64,000 nt of DNA from Eledone cirrhosa (taxonomy: Eukaryota). The stretch covers positions 113,708,001 through 113,772,000 of the forward strand of contig OZ024745.1 of NCBI GenBank assembly GCA_964016885.1, written 5' to 3'. The first letter of the stretch is position 1, and every line of letters starts with the position of its first letter. The notes under the pieces are model-generated. The model had not been told where the DNA came from and did not search any database. It saw nothing but the letters and a program-made list of their open reading frames with translations. This document shows positions 15,854-26,760 of the stretch, piece by piece. A program made the translations under genes and the position numbers.

Positions 15854-16231
15854 TAAAATAAAGTACCAGTAATGTACTGGGTAATTTGATGGCCTTGTGC
15901 CAAAAGTAGAAACAATTATCTATATAATTGTTTCTACTTTTGGCACAAGGCCAGCAATTATCCCAGTGCATTACTGGTACTTTATTTTGTCGACCCCGAA
16001 AGGATGAATGGCAAAGTTAACCTCGGCGGGATTTGAACTCAGAATGAGAAGGGCCGTAACTCTATGCGTCAAAGCATGGCGTCCGACCTTCTACCGATAC
16101 TGCCAATCCACCACCATTATCAAATCCCGCCGAGGTTGACTTTGCCTTTCATCCTTACGGGGTCGATAAAATAAAGTACCAGTAATGCACTGGGTAATTG
16201 CTGACCTTGTGCCTAAAGTAGAAACAATTAT
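15854..16231. mobile_element. Cluster of three SINE pieces in alternating orientation (+ 15854-15920, - 15926-16115, + 16121-16231)
   Basis: Direct match to the SINE consensus on both strands. Confidence 0.85.
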
Positions 16232-16554
16232 CTATATAATATTGAATATAATCTAGTGGAAAGTACCTTCCAGGAGAACTGGACAGCAGGTTTTCAGATA
16301 ATACTCCCTCCTTGCAAGTGTTTTTGCACTAAACTTCTTAGACTCTAAGTGGCCGAGCCGCATCCATGTCATGTCTTCTGGGTAATTTTCTATGGACATT
16401 TAACCATTCTTTAATAACTAAAGACGTTCATGGTTTACCAGATACAAACGTTATTGAAAAAAATACGAGTGTATTTTGTGGTTATGAAAACGGAAAATGA
16501 AGGGAAAGGCAAGGGCTCTATGATCAAAGAAGAATGGGAGGGTGATGGGCTCTA

Positions 16555-16865
16555 GGCCTAGGGCGCAGCGATATTGGAGCAGCGCCTCGCGGACAAGATG
16601 TCGAAAGCATTCCTGCGGACAATGTCCAGCGACACCCGCTGCAATAGGCACCCCCACCTCGTGGGGCTCCTTCCCCAGACAGGCTGACGTTCCGTTCATG
16701 ATGTGCATATAAACCGTATGGAGATGTCTTTGACGATCTATCTCGAACTCCTCTCCGTTACCTTTGCTTTCAAACTTATATTTAAACACTTTCTTGAGTT
16801 TGAAAAAATAACGATGGTAGTCCGAGCAGCGATGAGACGTTAAAAGTGTTACGGCCGCTGCCAAC
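16555..16865 (-). mobile_element. Highly diverged CRE-clade 3' fragment
   Basis: KEPHEV then a shifted frame CLLQRVSLDIVRRNAFDILSA, aligning to EPRELEWLFQRVSLAVLRGNAFSILSA of the 13797 copy. Confidence 0.65.
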
Positions 16866-17299
16866 ATTACAAACATAAGTATTGGCTTGGGTATGTAATT
16901 GTTGATGAAAATACCTCGTGCAATTTTATAAAAGGTGACACTGCATAAAATCTAGGTTTTATAGTTTCAATAGACTCATATTATATGTCTTTCAATGTTT
17001 CTCAAAGATCAAATGGAAAGACGATTTACGATAACCGAACCCCATAAACGGTCTTATTCTACTAGAATTTGATATATTATGAATTTGACATAAATAGAAT
17101 TAGGCTCTGATGTTAAACGTTAAGTTTCTAGTAGATGATTGGGATACTAAGAGAAAGCCGTAATTCATGTCAATTATTTGACAGAAAATAATCAGCTAGA
17201 TCAAAAGATCCAGGATATAGTCGTGTAAAACCTAATAATTTTTGTTAGGAATTAACAGGAATGTAAAACATTATACCTTCGTGATGATGTTGTTAATGT

Positions 17300-17545
17300 T
17301 TCTGCTGCTGCGGCTGATGATGATGATGACGATAAAGCGAGCGAGAGGGATGAATAACACAACGATTTGATCATGATGCCTGTAGTGGGAGGGAGTTATC
17401 AAAAAAATGTCTATGATAGTGATGCTGCTGTTGTTACTGTTACTGTTACTGCTGCTGCTGCTGATGATGATGATGATGATTATGATGATGATGATATCAC
17501 GACAATGACGACGATAAGGATGATCTCGATTACGACGACAACTGA
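17300..17545. repeat. Compound (GAT/GCT/GTTACT)n low-complexity tract
   Basis: Visible trinucleotide repeats. Confidence 0.8.
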
Positions 17546-17857
17546 ATAACAATTAACCAACAATATTTCTTGATTCTTAAAAATCACATCGATCAAAGTA
17601 TCTCGCTACAAATGCAAACCTCAACAAAAATGAATAATATATTTGAAAGAAAAAAATAGAATAGGATAGGAAGCAAAACGAAATGTCATTTATCTTATAC
17701 ACAACAGACAGTAATGTATATTTACAATAAAACTTTATAAAACTTCGCGAGGATTCTATTCGATTTGCTAATGCATTAATATCTCACCCACTCCCATCTT
17801 TATTTATAGATTTACTTGTTTCAGTTTAACCTTTTTTTTCTCTTAATCTTAAAGTCA

Positions 17858-18419
17858 AATCACTGCCTGCTTCCAGTTTGACAAGTTATATTCACGAAGT
17901 ATGGTCGATATACCTGGTTCAAGAAATTCTAGAAACATTAATAAAATGTTCGGAAGTTATGCTCTGTTGATTTCATTTTCACACTAGCTGGTGAGAAATG
18001 ACGGCTTTCTTCAAATATATGCGATATGTTTGTGATAACTAGAGACTTACTTAACTGGCAATCAGCCAGCAGAACAACTTGTTCGAAATCATCAGCGAAC
18101 ACCCCTGCTTTCGTAAAATGGTCGATGTGTATTAGTACAAAATTTGACACAGCTCTTTCATCAGAATCAGAAGGAGAAACATCGGATACATAGTCTGAGA
18201 ACTGGCCGCCATAGAGTCTCATCGGTTCGAAACGTATAGTTCGTCATTGATTGAAATACTGACTGGCGCCCGATTTCTCAATGTCAGCAAAAGAGATTTG
18301 CCAATATCGTTGACAAATCCAGCTAAAACATGGCCGACTTCACTCGGAGGAATCAATGTGTATAGCCCAACGCTTGCTACGTCATTTTGACAGCTTGATA
18401 TCTTCTCTTCCTTCTCCAT
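17858..18419 (-). pseudogene. Coding-like segment of unknown family split by two apparent 1-nt frameshifts
   Basis: Consecutive non-repetitive minus-strand frames (18419-18219, 18222-17938, then LPNILLMFLEFLEPGISTILREYNLSNWKQAVI*), GNN-rich codons, AATAAA about 55 nt downstream; no family recognised. Confidence 0.35.
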
Positions 18420-18440
18420 TCATTCTCTTCCATCTCTCTC

Positions 18441-18487
18441 ATAATAATAATAACAACAATAATAATAATAATAATAATAAAAATAAT

Positions 18488-18535
<48 letters not shown>

Positions 18536-18556
18536 ACATATATATATACATATATT

Positions 18557-18611
<55 letters not shown>

Positions 18612-18700
18612 AGAGAGAGTGAGAGAAATGTTTATATGTGTGCGTGTGTGTGTGTGTGTGTGCGTGTGTATGTGTGTGTGTCTGTGTGTGTGTGTAAGTG
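18441..18700. repeat. (TAA)n/(TA)n/(TG)n compound microsatellite
   Basis: Directly visible. Confidence 0.9.
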
Positions 18701-19621
18701 AGTAAATGTAAGTATGTAGCCGATTTATTATATTTTGAAGAAAAACTAATCTCTGTTCTGCCATTCGGCTGGACCATGAGAATTATAATTACCAGCGGGA
18801 TTTTAAATATGACGTAGATTAATATAGAAGCAAAAATATCATCGTTCATGGACGGCGGGAGGGTGTGGGGAATATAGAAATACTATTTCAGTGTGTTCTG
18901 TAAAACAAATCCTTTATGCTGAACTTTTAGTTTCAGCTTAATAAATATACTCTCAGACATTGTTGTTCAGCTCGAAGAGAACTGTGATCGAGGAGACCTA
19001 TGTCTAAAAACCTTCCGGTTATGAACATACCATCGTATTTCTCAGATATATTTTGTCGAAGAGGGTGTTAATACAAATAGGTCGAATAATCAAGAAGAGG
19101 TTCTACATACATGCATATTATGTACATACATTGTTCAACGATGGACAATGCTATGACAAAGCTGTGTAGAAAATGTAGACGAAGGATTATGCTCACTTAG
19201 TCGAAGAAGTTAGTAGATGAGTTAGAAAGATGAGATTGATAAGTTTATGACCGTTAAAATGATGAAAATAGCAAAGTATAGAAACAATTGGCACTGGCTT
19301 GGGATCAGTTGACAGATAAACGTATATAGCAGATTTAATAACTGTTATAGGCGGAACATTGCAATGAGACAGAATTCTGACCTGGACAGGGGATAGTTAC
19401 ATGTACAAATACTTGAACAATACTATAAAATTTAGTAACTAACTATCTGTTTCCGTTCTGTATTGCAACGTGCAGCCAATCAACTGTAAAATCAGCACGC
19501 AAGAGTTTTAGCGAAAAAACAATTTAATCTATCAAAAAGGTTCTGATGATCCAAAACGGAGAGAGCAGGCTTTTCTAACATCAATTGTTTGCATCAATTT
19601 TTATATATATTGTAAAGATTC

Positions 19622-19664
<43 letters not shown>

Positions 19665-19666
19665 AA

Positions 19667-19848
19667 GGGCGGTGGATTGGCAGTATCGGTAGAGGGTCGG
19701 ATGCCATCTTTGACGTATAGAGTTACGGCCCTTGCCATTCTGAGTTCAAATCCCACCGAGGTTAACTTTGCCTTACAGGGTCGATAAAATAAAGTACCAG
19801 TAATGCTCTGGGTAATTGCTGGTCTTATGCCAAAAGTAGAAACAATTA
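19667..19848 (+). mobile_element. Nin/Deu-type SINE
   Basis: Near full-length copy. Confidence 0.88.
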
Positions 19849-19966
19849 TATACATATATATACCAGGTGCGCTTTCCAAACCTTTTTTTTTTAAATAATT
19901 TTCCTTATATAACGTGATCTATAAAAACGTTTTCTAACGTCCACAATTTTTTCACTATATATATAT

Positions 19967-20175
19967 CTAAGGCGGGTAAAATTCCCGAGATCCATGGACG
20001 AGTTCTCTCCAGCGGTCTCTGTCCCTCATTATCGCTGCCAGATCCTGCATCTCCAACAGACCAGTGTCTGTCCTTAGGGCATCAACATATGTTAACCTTG
20101 GTCTTCCTCTTCTAGTGTGTTCATGTAGGGGCTCCCAAAGGAGCACTGAGTGCAATGTCAACTCTGGATGTCGGT
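19967..20175 (-). mobile_element. RTE/RTEX-group LINE ORF2 C-terminus
   Basis: RHPELTLHSVLLWEPLHEHTRRGRPRLTYVDALRTDTGL..MRDRDRWRELV*; LWEP..RGRP..TY.D.L..DTGL and DR..WR motifs. Confidence 0.75.
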
Positions 20176-20226
20176 ATGTATATATATATATATATATACA
20201 TATATGTCGGTATATATATATATGAA

Positions 20227-20345
20227 GGCGTGTGGCTGAGTGGTTAGAGAATTGGATTCGCAATCGTAAGGTTGTGAGTTCGATTCCTGGACCGGGCGAT
20301 GCGTTATGTCCTTGAGCAAGACACTTTATTTCACGTTGCTCCTTC
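20227..20345 (+). mobile_element. Second tRNA-derived SINE family, 5' part
   Basis: A-box TGGCTGAGTGG and B-box GTTCGATTCC followed by TGTCCTTGAGCAAGACACTTTATTTCAC; no tRNA acceptor stem. Confidence 0.75.
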
Positions 20346-20858
20346 TACCTGGAGTTGCGACCGATAGATAGTATTAGCAGTTGGAAAGACCAACGGAAAC
20401 ATTGTTCCCTCGGTCCGATTTGACGAAAGTCGATCGTTCCTCATATATATATATACATATGTATATGTATATATATATATATATTATTGAATTAATAGGA
20501 AGCCGAGTTGATGAAATTACTTCAAGTTTCTATTTTTTCAGACACTATATATATTTCAATGGCCAGTAGAATTCCAGCGCCATGTTTATTGCATAACAAT
20601 CGCAAAGGAATCATGGTAAACACACAACTGGGTACACGGAGACCTATTTCCTACTGATGCATTATGGTTAACTATACGGAATGGCCAGTTTCATCCAATG
20701 GGGAACCACCAACCTCAATGTATGTGTGTGTGTATATATGTGTGTGTGTGTGTATGTGTGTGTGTATGTGTGTGTGTGTGTGTGTCAAATTCTACAAATC
20801 TTTATTGTTTCGGTGCATTAAAGTGTTTGTGTGTGTGTACATATATGCATACACACAC

Positions 20859-20901
<43 letters not shown>

Positions 20902-21071
20902 CATGCATACATACATGCATACATACAAACATACATACATACATACATACTTACATACATACATACATACAAACATACATACATACATGCATACATACAA
21001 ACAAACATACATACAAACATACATACATACATACATACATGCATACATACAAACATACATACATACATACA

Positions 21072-21667
21072 TGGTGGCTGCCAACTCGTTTTCGAGTACG
21101 GCCACTACTTTATATCCATGTAGAAGAACTCCTACCGATGCACTGAACGAGTGTGACTTTTTAGTCCAGCCAGCGACTTGAAAACTCTGGTACAAACACT
21201 ACACTTGTGACATAGTGCTGGGCCCATGGTACCATGTGACGACAAGTGCAGAGAGATCTCCAGATATAAAGCAATGCCTGTGCCATGAAGCTTTTATAGT
21301 GAGCAAAGGTACTGCACAAAGCCAGTCCCACTCTCTTAACCAAGATGATATTTACCAAAAAGAAGAACAAGTCAACATCATTGGATACAATCAGAGTTGC
21401 AGGTGTTATATCAGAGTTTTCCTTCTCCTAGAATTCTGCCTTGACAAAGGCTAAGGGGTCATCTCTCCCGATGATTTTGGATTGCCATTGACTCTTAAGA
21501 GCTCCTTTGCCCTTTGACAGGTTTTGTTTTTAGTCCTGCAGGATGTCCAAAGTCACCCTCCTCACCGAGAAACCTTGGTGGGGTTACCAGTTTAGTCGCC
21601 AACGACCCGACCATGAGACAGGTTGTACTGGGATACATGTTACCAGCAGCACCAACTGGTGACCTGA
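21072..21667 (-). mobile_element. Non-autonomous bipartite RTE-derived element (~600 bp) in (TACA)n
   Basis: 3' part encodes CSVCTRVFKSLAGLKSHTRSVHR* (compare RTE C-terminus CRLCARHFRSLAGLKSHIR) and ends TGGCCGTACTCGAAAACGAGTTGGCAGCCACC(ATGT)n like the RTE 3' end at ~35473; homologues at 24062 and 37704. Confidence 0.75.
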
Positions 21668-22086
21668 CATACATACATACATACATACATACATACATAC
21701 AAACATACAAACATACATACATACATACATACATGCATACATACAAACATGCATACATACAAACAAACATACATACAAACATACATACATACATACATAC
21801 ATACATACATACATACATACATACATACATACAAACAAACATACATACAAACATATATACATACATACATACATACAAAGATACATATATACAAACATAC
21901 AAACATACATACATACATACATACATACATACATACATACATACATACAAACAAACATACATACAAACATACATGCATACATACATACATACATACATAC
22001 ATACATACAAACATACATACATACATACATACATACATACATACATACATACATACATACATACATACATACATACATACATACAA
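21668..22086. repeat. (TACA)n microsatellite
   Basis: Long ACAT/AAAC array. Confidence 0.95.
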
Positions 22087-22341
22087 AGATAAATATATAA
22101 GATGAAAATACACAAATTCTACAATCGAGGTAATGTATCATAGAAACAACATAGGGCAGTATATTGTTCACACAACAGGTTGTGCGTGTTACAAAATCTG
22201 ACTTTATAAGATAATTTATGATCAAAGGATTGGTCTAATTAAAGATGCATAATCGAGCATAATCGAGCCAGCCACCTTAATGTCTGTATTGAATGTGACA
22301 TATGTCAAACCGGATATTTATCTGAAAGGTCGGATAAAAGC

Positions 22342-22400
22342 AGCCACACACACAGACACACACACACAGAGAGAGACACAGACACACACACAGAGACACA

Positions 22401-22440
<40 letters not shown>

Positions 22441-22990
22441 GGCACACACACACGTACACATACACACACACAGACACAGACACAGACATACACACACACG
22501 CATACACACAGAAACACACACACGCACACATACACACACACACATACATACATACACACACACGCATACACACATACACACACACACGCACACATACACA
22601 CACGCACAGAGACACAGACACAGACACACAAACACGCACGCACACATACACACACACACACACACACAGACATACACACACACGCACACAGACACACACA
22701 CACACACACGCACACAGACACAGACATACACACACACGCACACATGCACACAGACACAGACACACACACACACACACACGCACACATGCACACAGACAGA
22801 CACAGACACACACAGACACACGCACACATACACACACACACGCACACATACACACACACACAGCGACAGACACACACACACGCGCACACACACACACACA
22901 GACAGACACACACATACGCACACATACACACAGACACACAAAAACACACGCACACATACACACACACACAGATATATATATATATATATA
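22342..22990. repeat. Degenerate (CA)n array
   Basis: Directly visible. Confidence 0.95.
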
Positions 22991-23196
22991 GGAAAATGTA
23001 TGATCCCGACGGCAGAGCTCAAGCCGTTTCGACGACTATTTCTGGACTATATCTGCTAACAGTCCAGAAATAGCCGTGGTAGCGGCTTGAGCTCTGCCGT
23101 CGGGGTCATACGTTTTCCTATTACCCACTCTACTACCCTAAGTATTGAGTACTCTGGTGCCTTAAGGTCCATCTGGTTCCTTACCACAACTCCTTC

Positions 23197-23198
<2 letters not shown>
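22991..23198 (+). mobile_element. Fold-back element: ~58-bp inverted arms (22991-23048 / 23061-23118) plus ~80-nt tail, in (TA)n; probably Penelope-derived
   Basis: Arms are reverse complements with a few mismatches; family copies at 5112, 28258, 53947 and 58803. Confidence 0.7.
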
Positions 23199-23256
<58 letters not shown>

Positions 23257-23261
<5 letters not shown>

Positions 23262-23850
23262 GGAAAAAATGAAACGAAATTTCATTTCCTACTCTTAGTA
23301 CGGCTGTTACTTAAATATAAGTATGTATACGTACATACATATATGTATACAGACGTACAGTAGTATGTATATCTATACATACATGCACACATATATATAT
23401 ATATATATGTATGTATGGATTTACCGAACATTTATTATAATGCTCGGTTTGTTTGTAAACAAACATCCCGAATTAAGCCGTACAGTGTTTAGCAACAATC
23501 GTTGCCCTTTTGTTCAACACTGACAAAGGAACGATGTACTAGTTTCAAGCTTATTAGCTATCGTCAGCACCGTATACCTTCTTGCCAGATGATTGAACGT
23601 TAGAAAGTATATACTTTCCTTATGCATATTAACGGCTAAGCAGCCTAATTTGCATATCGAGTGAGTTAATCGGCCGGGCGCACCGAAAATGATAAATGGA
23701 AAAAATGAAACGAAATTTCATTTCTCACTCTTAGTACGGCTGTTACTTAAATATAAGTATGTACACGTACATACATATATATATACAGGCGTACAGTAGT
23801 ATGTATATATATATACATACATGCACACATATATATATGTACGTACGTAT
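23257..23850 (-). mobile_element. Retrozyme-like / non-autonomous Penelope-associated element, 436-nt period, with hammerhead
   Basis: Direct repeat TAAATGGAAAAAATGAAACGAAATTTCATTTC..GTACGGCTGTTACTTAAATATAAGTATG at 23257 and 23693, with a hammerhead between the copies. Confidence 0.6.
23526..23580 (-). ncRNA. Type I hammerhead ribozyme (minimal stem III)
   Basis: AAGG UAU ACGGUG CUGACGA uAGCU AAUA AGCUu GAAA CUAG UA CAUCGU U CCUU: canonical core, stems I and II, palindromic stem III, GUA cleavage triplet. Confidence 0.8.
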
Positions 23851-23917
23851 ATATATATATACAGACACATACACAAACACACACACATATATATGTATGT
23901 GTGTGTGTATATATACC

Positions 23918-24030
<113 letters not shown>

Positions 24031-24061
24031 CTGTGTGTGTTTGTGTGTGTATGTGTGTGTG

Positions 24062-24555
24062 TGCTTGGTTAGGAGGGTGATTTTGGACATCCTGCAGGAC
24101 AAAAAACAAAACCTGACAAAGGGCGGAAGAATGGCCATCCAAAAGTGTGTAAATATGTATATACACATGTACATATGTATATGTACATGAGTGCATGTGT
24201 ATGTATATGCGCGGGGACATAGAAAACGTCGGGCTGGACACCCGATCGCGTGGTTAAATCACTGGGAGTGAAGGACCCCTAGCCTTTGTCAGGGCATTCT
24301 TCTAGGAGGCAATTCAGAAACTGGGATAACTCCGATATAAAACCTGCAGCTCAGTAGTTACCGATGATGTTGATCTTTTCTTCTTTTCGGGTTATAGATA
24401 CTGTCGCTCAGAGAGTGGGATTGGCTCAGTGCTCAGTCTTTCCTCACTTTAAAAAATATCTTCCACACAGGCATTGCACGATAGAATTAATTAATAATTA
24501 TTAATAATGGTATAACGTGCAATGGCCATACTCGATAACGAGGGAGCAGCCATTA
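24062..24555 (+). mobile_element. Diverged subfamily of the bipartite RTE-derived element
   Basis: Shares GGAGGGTGATTTTGGACATCCTGCAGGAC..AAAACCTG, CCCCTAGCCTTTGTCA, GAGAGTGGGA and the 3' TGGCCATACTCGATAACGAGGGAGCAGCC with 21072-21667. Confidence 0.7.
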
Positions 24556-24562
24556 TATATAC

Positions 24563-24612
<50 letters not shown>

Positions 24613-24847
24613 GCATCAGATCTTTGTTTTTTTGTGCTATATTTGTATATGCGTATATGTCCGTGTGTGAATGTCGTTTAGTTACTTTCTGACAAAAAGA
24701 GCTTATCAGAAATTAATAGACGATGTTTTCTTAATTAGAGAGATCCGAGTATTTATTGAAATCATTAAAAGTTTGTTTCTTTGCTGGTTTGTTAACAGAC
24801 ATGTTGGTTGGTGTGTTGGATGGTTTGATAAGCCGGTAATTAATTGA

Positions 24848-24960
<113 letters not shown>

Positions 24961-25003
24961 TATATGAAATATAAGAATCAAAGAACTGTTCAAAACATTA
25001 TTG

Positions 25004-25050
25004 TGCTTACAGCTGTTTCCTCCAAACCGAGGTTTGGATTCTTCGGAGCA
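25004..25050 (-). ncRNA. Minimal type I hammerhead ribozyme, CCGAAGA core variant
   Basis: UGCU CCGAAGA aUCCAAACC UC GGUUUGGAg GAAA CAGCUG UA AGCA. Confidence 0.7.
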
Positions 25051-26493
25051 ATTTATTAATGCATGGACAGTTATATGACCTCCTTTTCAGCCGAGAGACA
25101 TACCAATACATATTCAAACATTGATACATATTCAAACATTGTGGGTCAACATTCATTACAGAATTTAGAGTGGCAGTACACACTTCGAGATTACATTTAT
25201 ATTAATAGGTACAATCAAAAATCAAAGATATAGGTTAAAGTACAACATGAAGATAAGTAGTTATATAGTGCAAATGTTATATGTGTGGCACGCATGTGCG
25301 TCTTGTTTATATAGTGTGGCAGAGAGATATGTGTGGTAGAGGCACTTAGGTAGGTAAATAAGAGTGTTAGGTTGGTAGATCTGGTGGCAAAGTCTTTATA
25401 TGATTGATATAGTCTGTGTGTGGAGAAATATTATAAGCATTAAAGATAGTGCAAGCATTAAAAGTGTTATAAGTATTGGAGATGCACAGCGCAGGGATGT
25501 CAAGTAATTCATGTACTTCGGCATTTTCATGGTCAAGGGAGTGTATATTTCGATTATATGCCTTTCACATAATCCACGACAATCCAGTTAGAGATCGTAG
25601 TCTGGTGTTCTTTAGTTCGATACAGGAGGTTGTTACGTTTCGAGAAACGCCATTGAATACCGGAAGTGTGTGTGTGGCTAAGGGGAGTTAATGCATGCGG
25701 GGAGGTAACTCTGGGGTTTCTATATCTAGCCATTAAAATGTGTCCCAATATAGACCCTAAATTCTATGGTGAGGTGCACCTTCCAAGAGAGACTTTTAAA
25801 GCATAAAGTGTACTAACTATAGAGTAGTTTAACTAAATTATGCTGAAGGTGATCATATTATTATTAAGGTGGATTAACCCATCTTAAGGTGCTACAAATG
25901 GAAATTATAGATGATGAGCGAGGATTCTAAATTAATGATCTCTGTGGTTGTTGTCTGCTCATATGACCAGGCGCGGTGATTGCAGGATTGCTTCAGGACC
26001 CAATGATCTCTGGTAAGATCTGGGTCATCGCTTGCTACATTGGATGTCGAAAGATAATCGTCCCCAGGCAGGCCAAAGGTCAATCCGCAGTCCTCGCGAC
26101 CCCTCTCTGACCGTCAGATCATCCATATACGTACAACCCGCACGGCAGTTGCATTGCATTCACTCACTGCGCTCAGCAGCCCGGTCCTACTGGTCAACAG
26201 CGCTACTCGATTAAATCATTTTACATCTGTCTAAGGAAGGTGTTTCCTCTGCCCAACACCATCCAACCGATCAATTCATGCTCAAATTACCCTTAGAGCG
26301 GTGTAGTGCCGTCCAAGTGGGTGGATGTTGTCACACCTGCCGTAGAGGTATAAATGGGTATTTTCCCTGCGAAGGGTTCCAGAGGGATGTCGTTGTTTGT
26401 GTTATAATGGATCAGCTAGTGTTGGGTATGTAGTATAGGGTGTGTCTCTGGTGTTTGATGCTAGATGTGGTGTTAGGTTCCAGTCCGACATTG

Positions 26494-26760
26494 CTATATA
26501 TAGGGCTTAAAGTTTTGGAAGGAATGTCTGAGGCGGTGCTGGCAAGTTGCAAACACCTCAGATTTTTTGTTAAGTAGGTTACGGTTGGAGAAGATAATAT
26601 TGTGTGTCTCTAGTATACAGAGGTTACAGAATTTATTAGGTGGTTTGTACGAGGTCGCGCTGCCTATCACTTCCCATTTTAGTGTGTATGGTTTATTTTT
26701 AGATTTTAGATAGTGTATGTAGCTAGAAAGTGAGGTGGAGTTGGCTAGGCTGTGCTTGGG
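26494..26760 (-). pseudogene. 5'-truncated GIY-YIG endonuclease C-terminus of a Penelope-like element
   Basis: STSLSSYIHYLKSKNKPYTLKWEVIGSATSYKPPNKFCNLCILETHNIIFSNRNLLNKKSEVFATCQH; ST.LS.Y..LK, I.W, CxLCxxE, LLN.K.E...C.H pattern of Naiad-like PLEs. Confidence 0.82.

Noticed and set aside
16451-16876. 141-aa ORF with a signal-peptide-like start
   Set aside because: Overlaps a decayed CRE C-terminus whose QRVSL..RNA..IL motif is in another frame; better explained as TE relic than as host gene.
20227-20300. tRNA-like A and B boxes
   Set aside because: No complete cloverleaf; continues into SINE body.
25476-25748. 71-aa and 64-aa ORFs duplicated at 27029-27301
   Set aside because: The duplication only reflects the inverted arms; no recognisable domain.
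25000-26490. SECIS element in the PLE 3' region
   Set aside because: Several ATGA sites inspected by eye; none gave the AUGA/GA quartet with an AA apical loop. Not excluded without SECISearch.
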